In this document: piece after piece, positions 1-11,730 of the stretch | Numbering within the stretch: position 1 is the stretch's first letter | How the letters are laid out: every line of letters starts with the position of its first letter | Assembly (NCBI GenBank): GCA_019058295.1 | Contig: JAHPZI010000030.1 | Span: forward strand, 32,001 to 96,000 | Reading direction: 5' to 3' | DNA from: Promethearchaeota archaeon | GTDB lineage: Archaea > Asgardarchaeota > Lokiarchaeia > Sigyniarchaeales > SOKP01 | Length of the DNA: 64,000 nt | The notes under the pieces: model-generated | What the model saw: the letters and a program-made list of their open reading frames with translations, nothing else | Told to the model about the DNA's origin: nothing | Database searches by the model: none | Translations under genes and position numbers: made by a program

Positions 1-19
1 AACAAAAAAGAACATTAAG

Positions 20-1759
20 ATGGTTAAAGTTAAAGGTGGAAAATCTTCGGAAAAAAGTATAAATATTTCAAAGGGAATTATATATACTTTTTTTACAATA
101 TATCTTATAATTTATGGAATTGGAATTAGTATTTTTATTGAAAATTATAATAAACCGATTCCTATTTTTTTAACTTACCTTCCTCTTTTATGTTTTATTG
201 GCGGAGCATTTACAGGTTTTGCATTATTAAATTTTATTAAAAATGTTCATACGCATAAAATACGTGAAACTAAATCCCGGAAAAAGACAGGCCCCTCAAT
301 CTATAAGTATACATTTCTATTACTTATATTTATCTTTTCTTTTGTCCCTTTATTGGCCCCTACAATCGATCAAGGTAAAAATGATCAAAATTTTTCAGTT
401 TACAATGAAGATTGGAAAGGCTGTTCTGATTTTAAGAAATTATTAGAAGATGATGGATATGATGTTCGTAACATTCAATCAAGTTTAAGTACGACTGAAA
501 GGATCAATAAATCAATAGTATTGGTTATATTAGGTTCAAATGAATTCTATAACCCTATTTATGAAATTCCCTATTTTATGGAATTTTTAGAAGATGGGAA
601 TTCAATTTTATTATGTCATGATCATGGGTCTACAAGTACATTATTATGGGAAATTTTTTTTGCTAATATCATGAATCCAGATGTGGAAGAAATAATACCA
701 ATTACAATATTTCCTGATGGGATTTTACGGGATCACCTATCCTACGATAAAAGACCTGATTTTCCCATTATAACAACATTTACAAATCATCCAATAACAG
801 AAGGGATTCATAATGTTGTTCTTTCAAAAAGCAGTGTTGCTGTAGGAGGACCATTTGTTGAATATTCAGGATGGGATGTTTTGGGATATTCTAGTTATTC
901 TAGCTATGTTGATAAAAATGACGACCAAGAATTTGATGAGGATGACGATAATATTGATCTTAGTTTTATTGCTGATGCTCTTGGTGATGATTTTCCTGAT
1001 GATTTTCCTATTGAAGAATTTCCTCTTGGAGTATACGAACAAGTGGTTTTTATGGCAAAAGAAACTGATGATGCTCGAATAGTAGTTTCAGCTGATGCAA
1101 GCTTATTTAACAACGAATTGATTAATGAAGATGGTTATGATAATCAACAACTAGCACTTAATATGATTGAATGGCTTACTCATGACGAAGATAAAGACGA
1201 TTGGATAATTGCCATTGATGAAGCTCATATAAGACCAGAAAAATCAAGAGATGTGTCATCCGCGGGAATATTTGGCTTTTACCTTCAATATATAGTTCAT
1301 CTTTCTACTAATCCAATTACTGCATGGTTTTATCCGCTTTTTGCTATATATACATTAAATAAATATTTACCTAAAAAAAATAAGAAAAAAGAAGAAGAAA
1401 AGAAAGCTAAAGAGGAAGAAAAAAAAGAAGAACAAGCAAGATTTAGAACCTCATCCTTTTTTACTAAAAAAATCGAATGGTATAGAGAAAAAGCTCGATA
1501 TGGAAATGCACTATCCCTGCTATATAGGAGATTGGAAAGAAAATTAAATGCCCAACTCGGAGGGCGTAAAATTACAACTCAAAATGTAATTAATATGGTA
1601 AAAGAAAAAGATCCAAAAATTACACGACACAAGTTAAAAAGAATAACTCGATTTATGAATAGGATTTTATTAATCAAAAAAGGAAAAAGAAAAGTTAGGA
1701 GTGAACATGAATTCGAGCAGTTATTTTTTGAGCTGGAATGGGTTTACTCCAATATTTAA
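20..1759 (+). CDS. Membrane protein with DUF4350/GATase-like extracellular domain (MoxR operon)
   Basis: N-terminal TM helices, FSVYNEDWKGCSDF and IVVSADASLFNN...N..L..NMIEWL motifs, directly upstream of MoxR. Confidence 0.65.
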   Translation: MVKVKGGKSSEKSINISKGIIYTFFTIYLIIYGIGISIFIENYNKPIPIFLTYLPLLCFIGGAFTGFALLNFIKNVHTHKIRETKSRKKTGPSIYKYTFLLLIFIFSFVPLLAPTIDQGKNDQNFSVYNEDWKGCSDFKKLLEDDGYDVRNIQSSLSTTERINKSIVLVILGSNEFYNPIYEIPYFMEFLEDGNSILLCHDHGSTSTLLWEIFFANIMNPDVEEIIPITIFPDGILRDHLSYDKRPDFPIITTFTNHPITEGIHNVVLSKSSVAVGGPFVEYSGWDVLGYSSYSSYVDKNDDQEFDEDDDNIDLSFIADALGDDFPDDFPIEEFPLGVYEQVVFMAKETDDARIVVSADASLFNNELINEDGYDNQQLALNMIEWLTHDEDKDDWIIAIDEAHIRPEKSRDVSSAGIFGFYLQYIVHLSTNPITAWFYPLFAIYTLNKYLPKKNKKKEEEKKAKEEEKKEEQARFRTSSFFTKKIEWYREKARYGNALSLLYRRLERKLNAQLGGRKITTQNVINMVKEKDPKITRHKLKRITRFMNRILLIKKGKRKVRSEHEFEQLFFELEWVYSNI

Positions 1760-1856
1760 TTCAATTAAAGTTTTAAAAAATAAATAAAAAATAATAAAAT
1801 AAAAAAATAAATATAAAAAAAAAACAAACCAATAAAAAAAAGGAAGTGTAAACTAT

Positions 1857-2834
1857 ATGGAAACTCCAGAAAAAGCTCAATATCGTGAGGAAGATTTTGA
1901 CGTAACACCAATTAGAGAAATAGCACAGGATGTATTAAGCGAAGTAAGCCGAGTTATTGTAGGTTATGGAGAAATACTTCAACATCTTTTCATCGCTTTA
2001 CTCGTGAATGGACATGTCCTTTTGGAAGGAGTGCCCGGGCTTGGTAAAACAGTTATGGCAAAGACTTTTGCAAATACGCTTGGAATAAGCTTTAGACGCA
2101 TTCAGTTCACCCCAGATTTACTCCCTGCTGATATAACTGGAACAAAAATCTTTTCACAAGAAGAAGGTACGTTTGTTCTCCAAAAGGGACCAGTCTTCGC
2201 AAACTTAATATTGGCTGATGAAATTAATCGCGCAGCTCCAAAAACACAAGCGGCACTACTTGAAGCAATGGCAGAAAAGCAAGTGACAATCGAAGGAGAA
2301 ACATTAATACTTGATATGCCTTTTATAGTAGTAGCAACGGAAAATCCTGTGGAAATGGAGGGAACGTATCCTCTACCTGAAGCTCAAATAGATCGTTTTC
2401 TATTTAAACTCTGGCTTGATTATCCAGAACAAGACGAGGAAGTTGAAATTCTCAAGAGACAAATAACCGGTGAATCTCCAGCTGTAGATCACGTTACTTC
2501 GGGAGAAGAAATTCTGGCTGCTCAAAAATTAATGAATAAAGTATATATTGACGATAGAATCTTAAAATATATCAGAGATATTGTTTTAAAAACCCGTAAT
2601 CACCCACAAATCGCGTTAGGCTGTGGACCACGAGCAAGTCTAGTTTTAATGAAAACTGCCAAAGCAAGAGCCGCCATTTTAGGTCGAAAATATGTAACAC
2701 CAGACGATGTTAGAGCGTTAGCAGTCTCCACGTTTAATCACCGAATGCTATTAAAACCAGAGGCAGAACTTGAAGGTCTCGATATTAAAACAGTTATAAA
2801 AAATATTTTAGAAGAGATTCCAATACCTATCTAA
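1857..2834 (+). CDS. moxR: MoxR-family AAA+ ATPase
   Basis: HVLLEGVPGLGKT, RIQFTPDLLPADITG, LADEINRA, EGTYPLPEAQIDRF. Confidence 0.95.
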   Translation: METPEKAQYREEDFDVTPIREIAQDVLSEVSRVIVGYGEILQHLFIALLVNGHVLLEGVPGLGKTVMAKTFANTLGISFRRIQFTPDLLPADITGTKIFSQEEGTFVLQKGPVFANLILADEINRAAPKTQAALLEAMAEKQVTIEGETLILDMPFIVVATENPVEMEGTYPLPEAQIDRFLFKLWLDYPEQDEEVEILKRQITGESPAVDHVTSGEEILAAQKLMNKVYIDDRILKYIRDIVLKTRNHPQIALGCGPRASLVLMKTAKARAAILGRKYVTPDDVRALAVSTFNHRMLLKPEAELEGLDIKTVIKNILEEIPIPI

Positions 2835-2927
2835 AGATTTTTTATATTTTTCTGATTAGATGGTGGATTGAATAAAATAGAAAATGTTTTTATTAAAAAA
2901 ATTTAAAAAATAATATGGTGTTGTGAA

Positions 2928-4256
2928 ATACTAGGTGGAAAGGGTAGGATATTAGTTTTATTTGCTGTCTTCTTTCTTACAGCGGGTTTTGCATTTGTTA
3001 ATTATTTTTTGATCTATTTTGCAATATTATTGTTATTCAGTACTATTATTAGCTTGCCAATTTTCCACTATCAGATGAATATCGAAGAATTGAAGGTACA
3101 TCGAGAACTTGAAAAAGAGAAAGTTTTCAAGGACGATTTCTTTCATGTTAAAGTAGTAATAGAGAATACAGGTAGAAAAAGTTTTGATTTCATTGAAATC
3201 AGAGATTATTACAATCCACAACTTTTTAGATTAATTTTGGGAGAGAATTATATTACCACGAGAATAGGTCCTAAAAATATAATAAAGTTTTCATATGTGC
3301 TTGAACCAAGGGTTAGAGGTGAATATCCTCTCGGACCATTGAGTGTGACGATTAAAGATAGATTAGGCTTTAATTCACTTGAAAGAATTGTTCCTGACAG
3401 CGTTTCAACCATTCTGGTTTATCCACCATACGAAGACATTAAAAGAATTGAAATATTAGGTTCTAAGAGATCTTTAGAATTAAGCTTTGGCGCTCAAAGA
3501 TCTAAGCAAAAAGGCATTGGTTCAGAATTTTATGGAATGCGCAAATATGTTTTTGGAGATCAATTTAGATTAATTGATTGGAAGGCAAGCGCCCGAACTC
3601 AAAAATTAATTGTTAAAGAATTTGAAACTGAAAGGGATGTTAATGTCATGATATTAGTAGATTGTTCAACCACAATGGCAGGAGGAGCGATCGACAATAC
3701 TAAATTTGAATATGCTATTAGGGCTTGCATGTTGTTAACAAAAGTAGCACTAGCTCGTAAAGATAATGTTGGTTTGTTTATTTTCTCAGATAAAAAGAAC
3801 CTTCACTTTCTAAAACCTGGTAGAGGTGAGGATCATTTTTATCAAGTATTAGACTTTGTTGCTCGAATTAAACCTCAAGGTAAATGTGACTTTATTTATG
3901 CTATAGATTATTTTATAAGGCTTTTTCATAGAAGATCCTTAATTTTTATTATTTCCGATTTAGAAGTAGAATCAAAACAAATTAGTATAGCCATTAGAAA
4001 ACTAATTCCTTTCAACCACACTGTTATTATTTTTAATCCATTCAGTCCTTGGTTTGAAATTCATGAAATTGATTTATCATCAACAGATAAAGCTCTTGCT
4101 GAAGCTATAAGTGAAGAAATGATGGAACACATCCTTAAAATTAGACATGAAGTCCGTAATTATGGTATTAATCTTGTGACGGTTGGTCCCGATGATATAA
4201 TGAAGCAAGTACTAAAAAATTATTTAGAAGCAAAGAAAAAGGGGTTTGCTTATTAA
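2928..4256 (+). CDS. DUF58/vWA protein of MoxR operon; probable ATA start at 2928 (track starts at 3009)
   Basis: GSEFYGMRKYVFGD..RLIDWKASAR, vWA-like DCSTTM; open frame with an extra TM helix upstream of 3009. Confidence 0.85.
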   Translation: MLGGKGRILVLFAVFFLTAGFAFVNYFLIYFAILLLFSTIISLPIFHYQMNIEELKVHRELEKEKVFKDDFFHVKVVIENTGRKSFDFIEIRDYYNPQLFRLILGENYITTRIGPKNIIKFSYVLEPRVRGEYPLGPLSVTIKDRLGFNSLERIVPDSVSTILVYPPYEDIKRIEILGSKRSLELSFGAQRSKQKGIGSEFYGMRKYVFGDQFRLIDWKASARTQKLIVKEFETERDVNVMILVDCSTTMAGGAIDNTKFEYAIRACMLLTKVALARKDNVGLFIFSDKKNLHFLKPGRGEDHFYQVLDFVARIKPQGKCDFIYAIDYFIRLFHRRSLIFIISDLEVESKQISIAIRKLIPFNHTVIIFNPFSPWFEIHEIDLSSTDKALAEAISEEMMEHILKIRHEVRNYGINLVTVGPDDIMKQVLKNYLEAKKKGFAY

Positions 4257-4258
4257 AG

Positions 4259-5719
4259 ATGTTAGCTAGAAAGTTTTTATTCATTTTAAATCTCATTAAT
4301 GCAGCAATTTTTGTCTTTATCTTAGTTATTTTTAGCTCTATCTTTAATTTTGAAAATGTAATAGAAAATCCTGATGGAGAATTTGTCTTTTTTGAAGTCA
4401 TATATTATTTAAAAAATACTCTTACTTATTCAATTTATTATTGTCTATATATCGTCGCAATCTCTATTGGTTTAGCGATAGCATTTCTATTTAGTTCTAG
4501 TCCAGATTTTAATGAGGAATTTATGTCTCAATTTATCAATGAATTTTTTAAAAATTATTTAAGTTTATGGTTTTCTTTTCCAGAAGGAAAAATTCCCGAG
4601 ATATGGGAAATTCCAGATTTAATTGTTGAAAATTTTTTAAAATTTCTTAATAATCTCTATTTATTTTCGTTTCTGATATGTTATATAATTGTGATTATAT
4701 TTTTTATTCGAGCAATATTCCAAAACAATCCGAAATATAGTCTTATTGCAATTGGTTTTTTAATATTAATGGTAGTAATACCTCTAATGGTGTTTGGTTT
4801 TAATAATATGTTGCGTGTATTCAATGTTAAATTCAAAGAATTAAAGAATTTAGTGAATCCTCTTTCAAGAAAATTTACAGAGTTGCCATTAAATAATTTC
4901 TTTGAATTTATATTTAGTCCAGTTGCCTTGCTTGCTATAATGTGCTATATTTATTTAGAAATTGCATTTCAAATTAATTATACAGATACAGTTACCAAAC
5001 CATCTTTAGAAAGAAGCGAAAGATTAGGAACACAATTACGGATCTTACGTAGAGAATCAATGCTCATAACTACTGATATAGATAAAATTAAGGAAGAAGC
5101 TAAAAAAAGAAGAGAAGAAATTGAAGCAGAACAAGAAAAAGTTGGCAAATTTCTCGGCAAAACAATTGAGAGATTTTCTTATGTAAAAGAAATGATTGAG
5201 AAGAGAAAATTAGAGCAGGAAGAGAAAAAACTCGTTAATGCAGCTTCAAAAACAAGAAGGCTTGGTAGATATTTAGAAAGGCTTCTTAAAGAAGATCCTG
5301 AAGCAGAAAATACTTTAACGGCAAAGACATCAACTCCAAAAGCCTTGAATTTAGTAACTTCCACAGTTATTAATTTCAGCTTTAGAATATTTCTTTTAAT
5401 TATTTTGAGTTTTATTATTATGCATCCTCGTTGGTTCTTTGTCCATGTCTTTAATCTGCCACCAGCAATTACTGAAAGTATGGCAATGTATTCTCCAGAG
5501 GCAATAATAATATTACTTGTACCAATTATGTTGCTCTTCCCGTTAATAGCTCAAGCTATTTCTTATGCCAAGCATAGAAATTTGATTATAAAATTAAAGC
5601 AAGAAGGTCAAATAAAGGAAATTCTTGCTTCGGTTGGCGATTATGTCAAAATTGAAGAGGAAATAGAGAAAAAAGAAGAAGTAATTGAATCGGGGGCAGT
5701 AGCAGCAGAAACAGCATAA
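4259..5719 (+). CDS. Polytopic membrane protein with central coiled coil
   Basis: 486 aa, several hydrophobic segments, K/E-rich coil; 2 nt after the DUF58 stop. Confidence 0.6.
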   Translation: MLARKFLFILNLINAAIFVFILVIFSSIFNFENVIENPDGEFVFFEVIYYLKNTLTYSIYYCLYIVAISIGLAIAFLFSSSPDFNEEFMSQFINEFFKNYLSLWFSFPEGKIPEIWEIPDLIVENFLKFLNNLYLFSFLICYIIVIIFFIRAIFQNNPKYSLIAIGFLILMVVIPLMVFGFNNMLRVFNVKFKELKNLVNPLSRKFTELPLNNFFEFIFSPVALLAIMCYIYLEIAFQINYTDTVTKPSLERSERLGTQLRILRRESMLITTDIDKIKEEAKKRREEIEAEQEKVGKFLGKTIERFSYVKEMIEKRKLEQEEKKLVNAASKTRRLGRYLERLLKEDPEAENTLTAKTSTPKALNLVTSTVINFSFRIFLLIILSFIIMHPRWFFVHVFNLPPAITESMAMYSPEAIIILLVPIMLLFPLIAQAISYAKHRNLIIKLKQEGQIKEILASVGDYVKIEEEIEKKEEVIESGAVAAETA

Positions 5720-5722
5720 TTT

Positions 5723-6670
5723 TCATTCAATATTAATCAAAAGTTGAGCTAGTTCTTTCTTTTTATTCAAATTTGTCATTAGTGTATCAAAACAAAAAGT
5801 TTTAATCCCTAATTCTTCAATTTTAGGCTTTAATTTGCAATCTTTATTATCTATAACAAAATTCCCTAAAAAATCGTGGTAAAATTGTGCAACTCCAACG
5901 CAAGAAGCTTCTAAACCGATACTTCTCATAAATTTATCAGCTGGTCCTTTAACTGTTGTGCCTTTAATTATAGGTGATATCGCATATACTTTCTTTCTTT
6001 CTTTTATTAGTGATTTTTTAATTCCTTTTACTTGAAGGATAGTCCCAATAGAAACTATAGGATTAGAAGGACAAATTATTATTTTTTTCGCATTCTTTAT
6101 ATATTCTAATACCATATCAACAGGCTTTGCATTCTTAATACCTTTAAATTTTACATTGAGAATCTCTGGTTCGCAACATTCTTTTATGAAATATTCTTCA
6201 AAATGAATTTCTCCTTTAGGAGTATCGATATATGTTTCAACATTTTCATTACACATTGGAATAATATGGGCCTTGATGTTTAATTTCTCACAAATTTTTT
6301 TAGTAATTTCAGCTTTAGTATAACCTTGTTTAAATAAATCGGTGCGATAAATATGAGTGGCTAAATCTTTATCTCCAGCATTAAACCATCCTGTATCATA
6401 ATATTTTTTGAGAATACTCAAGCAGTTAAAAGATTCATCAATAAAACCCCAGCCCTTTTCCTTATCTACTAAATTTGCTAAAGTATAGGTAATTATATCT
6501 AAATCAGGACAGATTTTAAGACCAAATAATTCAATATCATCACCAGTATTTACAATTATTTTGAGTAATTCAGGTCTTACAACATTTGCTAAGCCCTCAA
6601 TAAATTTTGCGGCACCAACACCACCCGCTAATATTAAATAGAAATCATTGTTCATATTTTCCATATTCAC
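5723..6670 (-). CDS. cofD: 2-phospho-L-lactate transferase CofD/FbiA
   Basis: LAGGVGAAKF, VNTGDD, CPDLD, GDKDLATH, PSNPIVSIG. Confidence 0.93.
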   Translation of the reverse strand: MNMENMNNDFYLILAGGVGAAKFIEGLANVVRPELLKIIVNTGDDIELFGLKICPDLDIITYTLANLVDKEKGWGFIDESFNCLSILKKYYDTGWFNAGDKDLATHIYRTDLFKQGYTKAEITKKICEKLNIKAHIIPMCNENVETYIDTPKGEIHFEEYFIKECCEPEILNVKFKGIKNAKPVDMVLEYIKNAKKIIICPSNPIVSIGTILQVKGIKKSLIKERKKVYAISPIIKGTTVKGPADKFMRSIGLEASCVGVAQFYHDFLGNFVIDNKDCKLKPKIEELGIKTFCFDTLMTNLNKKKELAQLLINIE

Positions 6671-8071
6671 TCATTTTTTAAGTCTAAAAATTATATCTTC
6701 TAATTTTTTTCGTGCTGGTGCTTTTGGACTCTTAATGGGATATCCTACTGTAAAAAAAGCCATAGGAACAAAAGATTCTGGAAGGTTCAAAGTCTTTTTA
6801 ACAATTTCTTTTGTAAATAATGGGGCACAGTACCAGCATGCAGAAATGTCTCTTATGGCAAACGCGAGAAGCAAATATGTTGCAGAAGCACTAATACTTT
6901 GCACACCTAAAATAAATTCATTTTGAGTTCGCTCAGAATCGGGATACTTTTCTATTCCATCTTCATCTAAACATAAAAGAATTAAATATGGAGCCTGCAA
7001 GAAATTCTCTCTGGTTCGATTTATCTTATTTTGAATAAATTTTTCTGATTTACCATCCTTTTCCAAGTCATTTCTTAATATTTTATTCATATTATCAATT
7101 AGAATACTACGAGTATCATCCTTCTCTAATATGATATATCGCCATTGTTGGGCATTATGAGCACTTGGCGCCCATCTAGCAAGATTAATACACTCTTTTA
7201 TAATTTTTTTTTCTATTTCTTTAGAATCAAATTTAAATTTATAACTCCTTCTACTTGTTAAAATATTAGAAAATGCTGTTTTATCCCTAAATATATCTGA
7301 ATTTTTTTCTCTTAAAACGGGTGATATTGATGCTTCCTCATTTAAGTCAAAGGAATATCCTCGAATTATTATAACTGGGAGCCCTTCATTAGCCTCACCC
7401 ATTACTAATTGTGCTGCTGAGGCTAGATTATCACCTTGTCCTACGATTGTACTTTGCAACTCATGCTCAAATAAATCTTTTTCACCACGTCTATCAAGGA
7501 TTGCATTAATTCCAGAAACACCTAGAGCTACTCCTACTGCTCCCACTCTAAATGGCCTCCCAAATGAGTCTGAAATAATAATTGCCACGTCTTTATTAGT
7601 TAATTTCTTAAGAGTATATCTAATTCTCTCAGCTTCTTTATCAGCATTCTCGGGTAATAATGCTACATTGCTTTCACCCTCGATATTAGATTTGTCAATT
7701 CCTGCATTAGCACATACGAAGCCATGCTTTGTTTCCACGATTATAACATGTTCTACTTTAAGAATTTCTTTTGATTCGTCCAAAATTAATTGAATTAATT
7801 CAGGTTCTTTTATTGGTATTCCTTTATTTTTTGCTTTCTTTAAATGTTGCTCATATATTTCGAGAGCTTTATTGCTAGGAGCTATTTTCTTAAGATCAAC
7901 AATTCTTCCAAGACTTTTTGAAATTATTGTTTGAGCAATAACTAAAATATCTCCATCCTCTAAAGATAAATTATTGTCTTTAATTGATTCAAGAATAATT
8001 CTTCCAATATTATCTCCTGGTTTAATGAATGGAATCCCTTGTATTCCAATTATATTTATCATATCTTCCAA
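6671..8071 (-). CDS. cofE: F420-0:gamma-glutamyl ligase CofE fused to nitroreductase domain (FbiB-like)
   Basis: ANAGIDKSN, ISDSFGRPFRVG; C-terminal RRSY..F, WAPSAHNAQQWRY. Confidence 0.9.
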   Translation of the reverse strand: MEDMINIIGIQGIPFIKPGDNIGRIILESIKDNNLSLEDGDILVIAQTIISKSLGRIVDLKKIAPSNKALEIYEQHLKKAKNKGIPIKEPELIQLILDESKEILKVEHVIIVETKHGFVCANAGIDKSNIEGESNVALLPENADKEAERIRYTLKKLTNKDVAIIISDSFGRPFRVGAVGVALGVSGINAILDRRGEKDLFEHELQSTIVGQGDNLASAAQLVMGEANEGLPVIIIRGYSFDLNEEASISPVLREKNSDIFRDKTAFSNILTSRRSYKFKFDSKEIEKKIIKECINLARWAPSAHNAQQWRYIILEKDDTRSILIDNMNKILRNDLEKDGKSEKFIQNKINRTRENFLQAPYLILLCLDEDGIEKYPDSERTQNEFILGVQSISASATYLLLAFAIRDISACWYCAPLFTKEIVKKTLNLPESFVPMAFFTVGYPIKSPKAPARKKLEDIIFRLKK

Positions 8072-8241
8072 TCCTTATTTGATTGTTTCTCTACAATCAA
8101 TTTTTTGGCTAATTTCCAATATCTTTATCATTTTATTTATCTTTTTAATGTAGTTAAAGCAAAAAAATTTATTGAACCAATTATTGAATAATTAAATATT
8201 GTATATATTCTGTAATATTGAAATTCATAGGTTAGTTAATA

Positions 8242-11016
8242 ATGGTTGAATACGATCCACAGAAAATAGAAAGAAAATGGCAAGATAAATGGCAAAAGGA
8301 TAAAATATTTGAAGTTAGAGAGTCAAAGAAGGAAAAGTATTATGTTTTGGAAATGTATCCTTATCCAAGTTCTGCACTTCATATGGGCCACCTACGTAAT
8401 TACTCTATTGGCGATACATTTGCAAGGTATAAGCGGATGCGAGGATATAATGTCCTTTATCCTATGGGTTATGATTCCTTTGGATTACCTGCTGAAAATG
8501 CAGCAATAGATCATGGTGCTAATCCAGAAGAGTGGACGGATTCAAACATAGAAGCTATTAAAGAACAACAAAAAAGAATTGGGCTATCCTATGATTGGAC
8601 GAGGTTAATATATAGTCATGATACAGATTATTATAAATGGGATCAATGGCTTTTCTTAAAATTTTTAGAGAAAGGTCTTGCTTATAGAGAAGATTCCTAT
8701 GTTAATTGGTGTTCTGGTTGTAATACGGTATTAGCTAATGAACAAGTACAAGGAGGTAAATGTTGGCGCTGTAATTCTGAAGCAGAACAAAGATTTTTAA
8801 CTCAGTGGTTTTTGAAAATAAGAGATTATGCTGAAGAATTGCTAGACTTTACCGATCTTAATTGGGGAGAAAATGTGAAAACGATGCAGCGTAATTGGAT
8901 AGGGAGATCTGAAGGAGCAATTATTAAATTCCCGATCTTAGGTGAAGATAGAAGTATTGATATTTTTACTACAAGACCAGATACTCTATATGGGGTTACT
9001 TTCATGGTTTTTGCTCCCGAACATCCCTGGGTAGGTGAATGGGTAAAAGGGACTGAATACGAAAGTGAATTTGAGAAATTATATAATGAGGTTATGAAAC
9101 AGGATAGATTTGTAAGAACTGATGTTGAAATTGAAAAAAAGGGTATTTTTATCGGGAAATATTGTATAAATCCCATTACAAAGGAAGAAATTCCTGTTTA
9201 CATTGGTAATTTTGTTATATATGAGTATGGTGCAGGTGCCGTTATGGCAGTACCCGCCCATGACCAACGCGATTTTGAGTTTGCCAAAAAATATGACATT
9301 CCCATAAGAATTGTAATTCAACCATTTGATTACGAAATTAAATTAGATAAAATGGTAAGATCATATGAAAGCGACGGACTTCTTATCAATTCTGAAGAAT
9401 TTAATGGAATGGAAAACAGAACTGCTATTAATTCAATTACGGAAAAATTAGATAAAATGGGAATGGGATATGCAACAATTAATTATAAATTAAGAGATTG
9501 GTTAATTTCTCGACAACGTTATTGGGGGTGTCCTATTCCGATTATTTATTGCGATGATTGTGGAATCGTACCAGTCCCATACCAAGATTTACCCGTTGAA
9601 TTACCTAAAGATGTAGAATTCACAGGAAAGGGTAATCCCTTGGAAACTAGTGAAAGTTATATTAATACTACCTGTCCAAAATGCAATAAACCAGCTAAGC
9701 GAGAAACAGACACGATGGATACTTTTGTTGATAGTTCTTGGTATTTTTTTAAGTTCTGTGATCCACATACAGAAGTTTGGCCTTATAGAAAGGATATAGT
9801 TAATTATTGGATGAATGTCGACCAATATATAGGAGGAATTGAACATGCGGTAATGCATCTGCTTTATGCTAGGTTCTTTACTAAAGTAACTCGTGATCTT
9901 GGACTACATAAGTTTGACGAACCATTCCAAGCTCTTTTGACTCAAGGAATGATTAACAAAACTCATCCTTATTGTCCCCAATGTGATTCATTTGCTGTGG
10001 CAGCAGAAAAAAATAATAAAAAATGCAAAAGATGTGGTACCGAATATATCTTGAAAAGTGTTAAAATGAGTAAATCTCTTGGAAATACTGTTGATCCTAT
10101 TGGAATTATGAATGATTATGGAGCTGATTCTGCACGATTTTTTATATTGTTTGGAGCAAGTCCACAATCGGGCTTAGAATGGTCAGATGAAGGTGTTGGT
10201 TTTGCTTCTAAATTTATTAGAAATGCATTTTCACTCTTATCCGAACCTCCTGAGAACATTAGAAAAGAAAAAACTATTCGGGATACGCTTATCACTTATG
10301 TCTTGAATAAAACAATAAAAGAGGTTACGGAAAGTCTTGACAAGATAGCAATTAGAAATGCAGTCAATAGTATAATACAATTTACGTCAGAATTTACTAA
10401 ATATAAGTTAGAAAGTGTTAATAAAGAAATTTATGAAATGTGTGAAGAGAATTTAGCTTTATTACTTCATCCTATTGTTCCCCATGTTACTGAAGAAATT
10501 TGGGAATTGAAAGATAAAAAAGGGTATATTAGCTTAGCCTCTTGGCCGTCCTACGATGAAAAATTGCTTACCCCTGACTCCGATTTTAAATGGAAGCTTA
10601 TGAATAATATAATGGACGACATTAATAGCATTAAATTAGCAATGAAAAAAGAAATTTTAGAAGATATTTCAATCATTATAGCTGAGGATTGGAAATATAG
10701 ATTCTATTCTCTCTTAATGTCTTCAATAGAAAAAACAAAAAATCAAGGTGAAATCATGAAAATTATAATGAAAGAGAAGGAGTTAAAGATACATAGTAAA
10801 TATATTGGCCAAACCGTAGGAAAAATCTTAAAAAATATAGGAAAATACACTAAATTTACAATAACTCCTAATGAGGAATATCAATTCTTCAGCGATATAA
10901 AGCCAATTATCGAGAAAAAATATGGATGCCCAGTCAATATATATTTTGAAGGAGATTCAAAAGAAGGTAAAGCTATTCAAGCTCTGCCAGGAAGACCCGC
11001 TTTAATTATTTCATGA
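8242..11016 (+). CDS. leuS: Leucine--tRNA ligase
   Basis: HMGH and KMSKS motifs, CP1 editing TTRPDT and [15 protein letters not shown]. Confidence 0.96.
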   Translation: MVEYDPQKIERKWQDKWQKDKIFEVRESKKEKYYVLEMYPYPSSALHMGHLRNYSIGDTFARYKRMRGYNVLYPMGYDSFGLPAENAAIDHGANPEEWTDSNIEAIKEQQKRIGLSYDWTRLIYSHDTDYYKWDQWLFLKFLEKGLAYREDSYVNWCSGCNTVLANEQVQGGKCWRCNSEAEQRFLTQWFLKIRDYAEELLDFTDLNWGENVKTMQRNWIGRSEGAIIKFPILGEDRSIDIFTTRPDTLYGVTFMVFAPEHPWVGEWVKGTEYESEFEKLYNEVMKQDRFVRTDVEIEKKGIFIGKYCINPITKEEIPVYIGNFVIYEYGAGAVMAVPAHDQRDFEFAKKYDIPIRIVIQPFDYEIKLDKMVRSYESDGLLINSEEFNGMENRTAINSITEKLDKMGMGYATINYKLRDWLISRQRYWGCPIPIIYCDDCGIVPVPYQDLPVELPKDVEFTGKGNPLETSESYINTTCPKCNKPAKRETDTMDTFVDSSWYFFKFCDPHTEVWPYRKDIVNYWMNVDQYIGGIEHAVMHLLYARFFTKVTRDLGLHKFDEPFQALLTQGMINKTHPYCPQCDSFAVAAEKNNKKCKRCGTEYILKSVKMSKSLGNTVDPIGIMNDYGADSARFFILFGASPQSGLEWSDEGVGFASKFIRNAFSLLSEPPENIRKEKTIRDTLITYVLNKTIKEVTESLDKIAIRNAVNSIIQFTSEFTKYKLESVNKEIYEMCEENLALLLHPIVPHVTEEIWELKDKKGYISLASWPSYDEKLLTPDSDFKWKLMNNIMDDINSIKLAMKKEILEDISIIIAEDWKYRFYSLLMSSIEKTKNQGEIMKIIMKEKELKIHSKYIGQTVGKILKNIGKYTKFTITPNEEYQFFSDIKPIIEKKYGCPVNIYFEGDSKEGKAIQALPGRPALIIS

Positions 11017-11130
11017 AATTCTTTTCTGAACCCTAAAAAATAAATTTTTGGTTTGTTATATTTTAAATAATAATCTAATTAGAGACTTAGTTTTACTTTC
11101 CAAAAATCAATTAAGTCAATTCATTTAATT

Positions 11131-11730
11131 ATGCATAATTTAAACCTATTAGATCAAATATATTTTTTTAATATTGGAAAATATCAGGCAAATGACACTT
11201 ATTTTGAGTGGACTAATGCATCTCATAATAAATCCAGCATACTTGATGTGAGAATGACTAGAAATCCTCCAGTTAATAATATTTTTTATTGTATTCTAAA
11301 ATTAGATTTAAAAATTGTCTATTACTTAAAAGATAAGGTTGTGTTCTCAATAGGGTCAAATCCAGAAGTTCAATCTCAGTTATTAGAGGCGATCTTAGAA
11401 TATTTAATAGAAAAATTTTTCTTTATGTTTGATGAATCTTTACTCGAAACTTGTTATGGAGATGTTAGCAGTATTTTTAATAGTTTTACCTCTGCAGTAG
11501 AAAGCACCTTTAAAGATTACAATAATCTCAATATAATTAGAACACAATTAGTAAACTGTAAAGCTTGTAATAAAACTATCCCTGTAATAATAAAAAAGTC
11601 ATTAATTGAAAATTCTAAAAAATCTACGATACCATTAGTTTATACCCATTCAGGTCATGCAATATTAATTTATTTCGATAAGCAATGTAAAATCAGGGGT
11701 AGTGAACCGGTAGACGTCTCATTAGGTTAA
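11131..11730 (+). CDS. Hypothetical protein with C-terminal CxxC...H..H motif
   Basis: 199 aa ORF; CKAC and YTHSGHAILIYFD...IRG. Confidence 0.6.
   Translation: MHNLNLLDQIYFFNIGKYQANDTYFEWTNASHNKSSILDVRMTRNPPVNNIFYCILKLDLKIVYYLKDKVVFSIGSNPEVQSQLLEAILEYLIEKFFFMFDESLLETCYGDVSSIFNSFTSAVESTFKDYNNLNIIRTQLVNCKACNKTIPVIIKKSLIENSKKSTIPLVYTHSGHAILIYFDKQCKIRGSEPVDVSLG

Noticed and set aside
6660-6680. Sec/readthrough fusion of cofE to in-frame cofD at TGA
   Set aside because: Both proteins are complete, the position is not a catalytic Cys site and no SECIS was recognised; ordinary translational coupling
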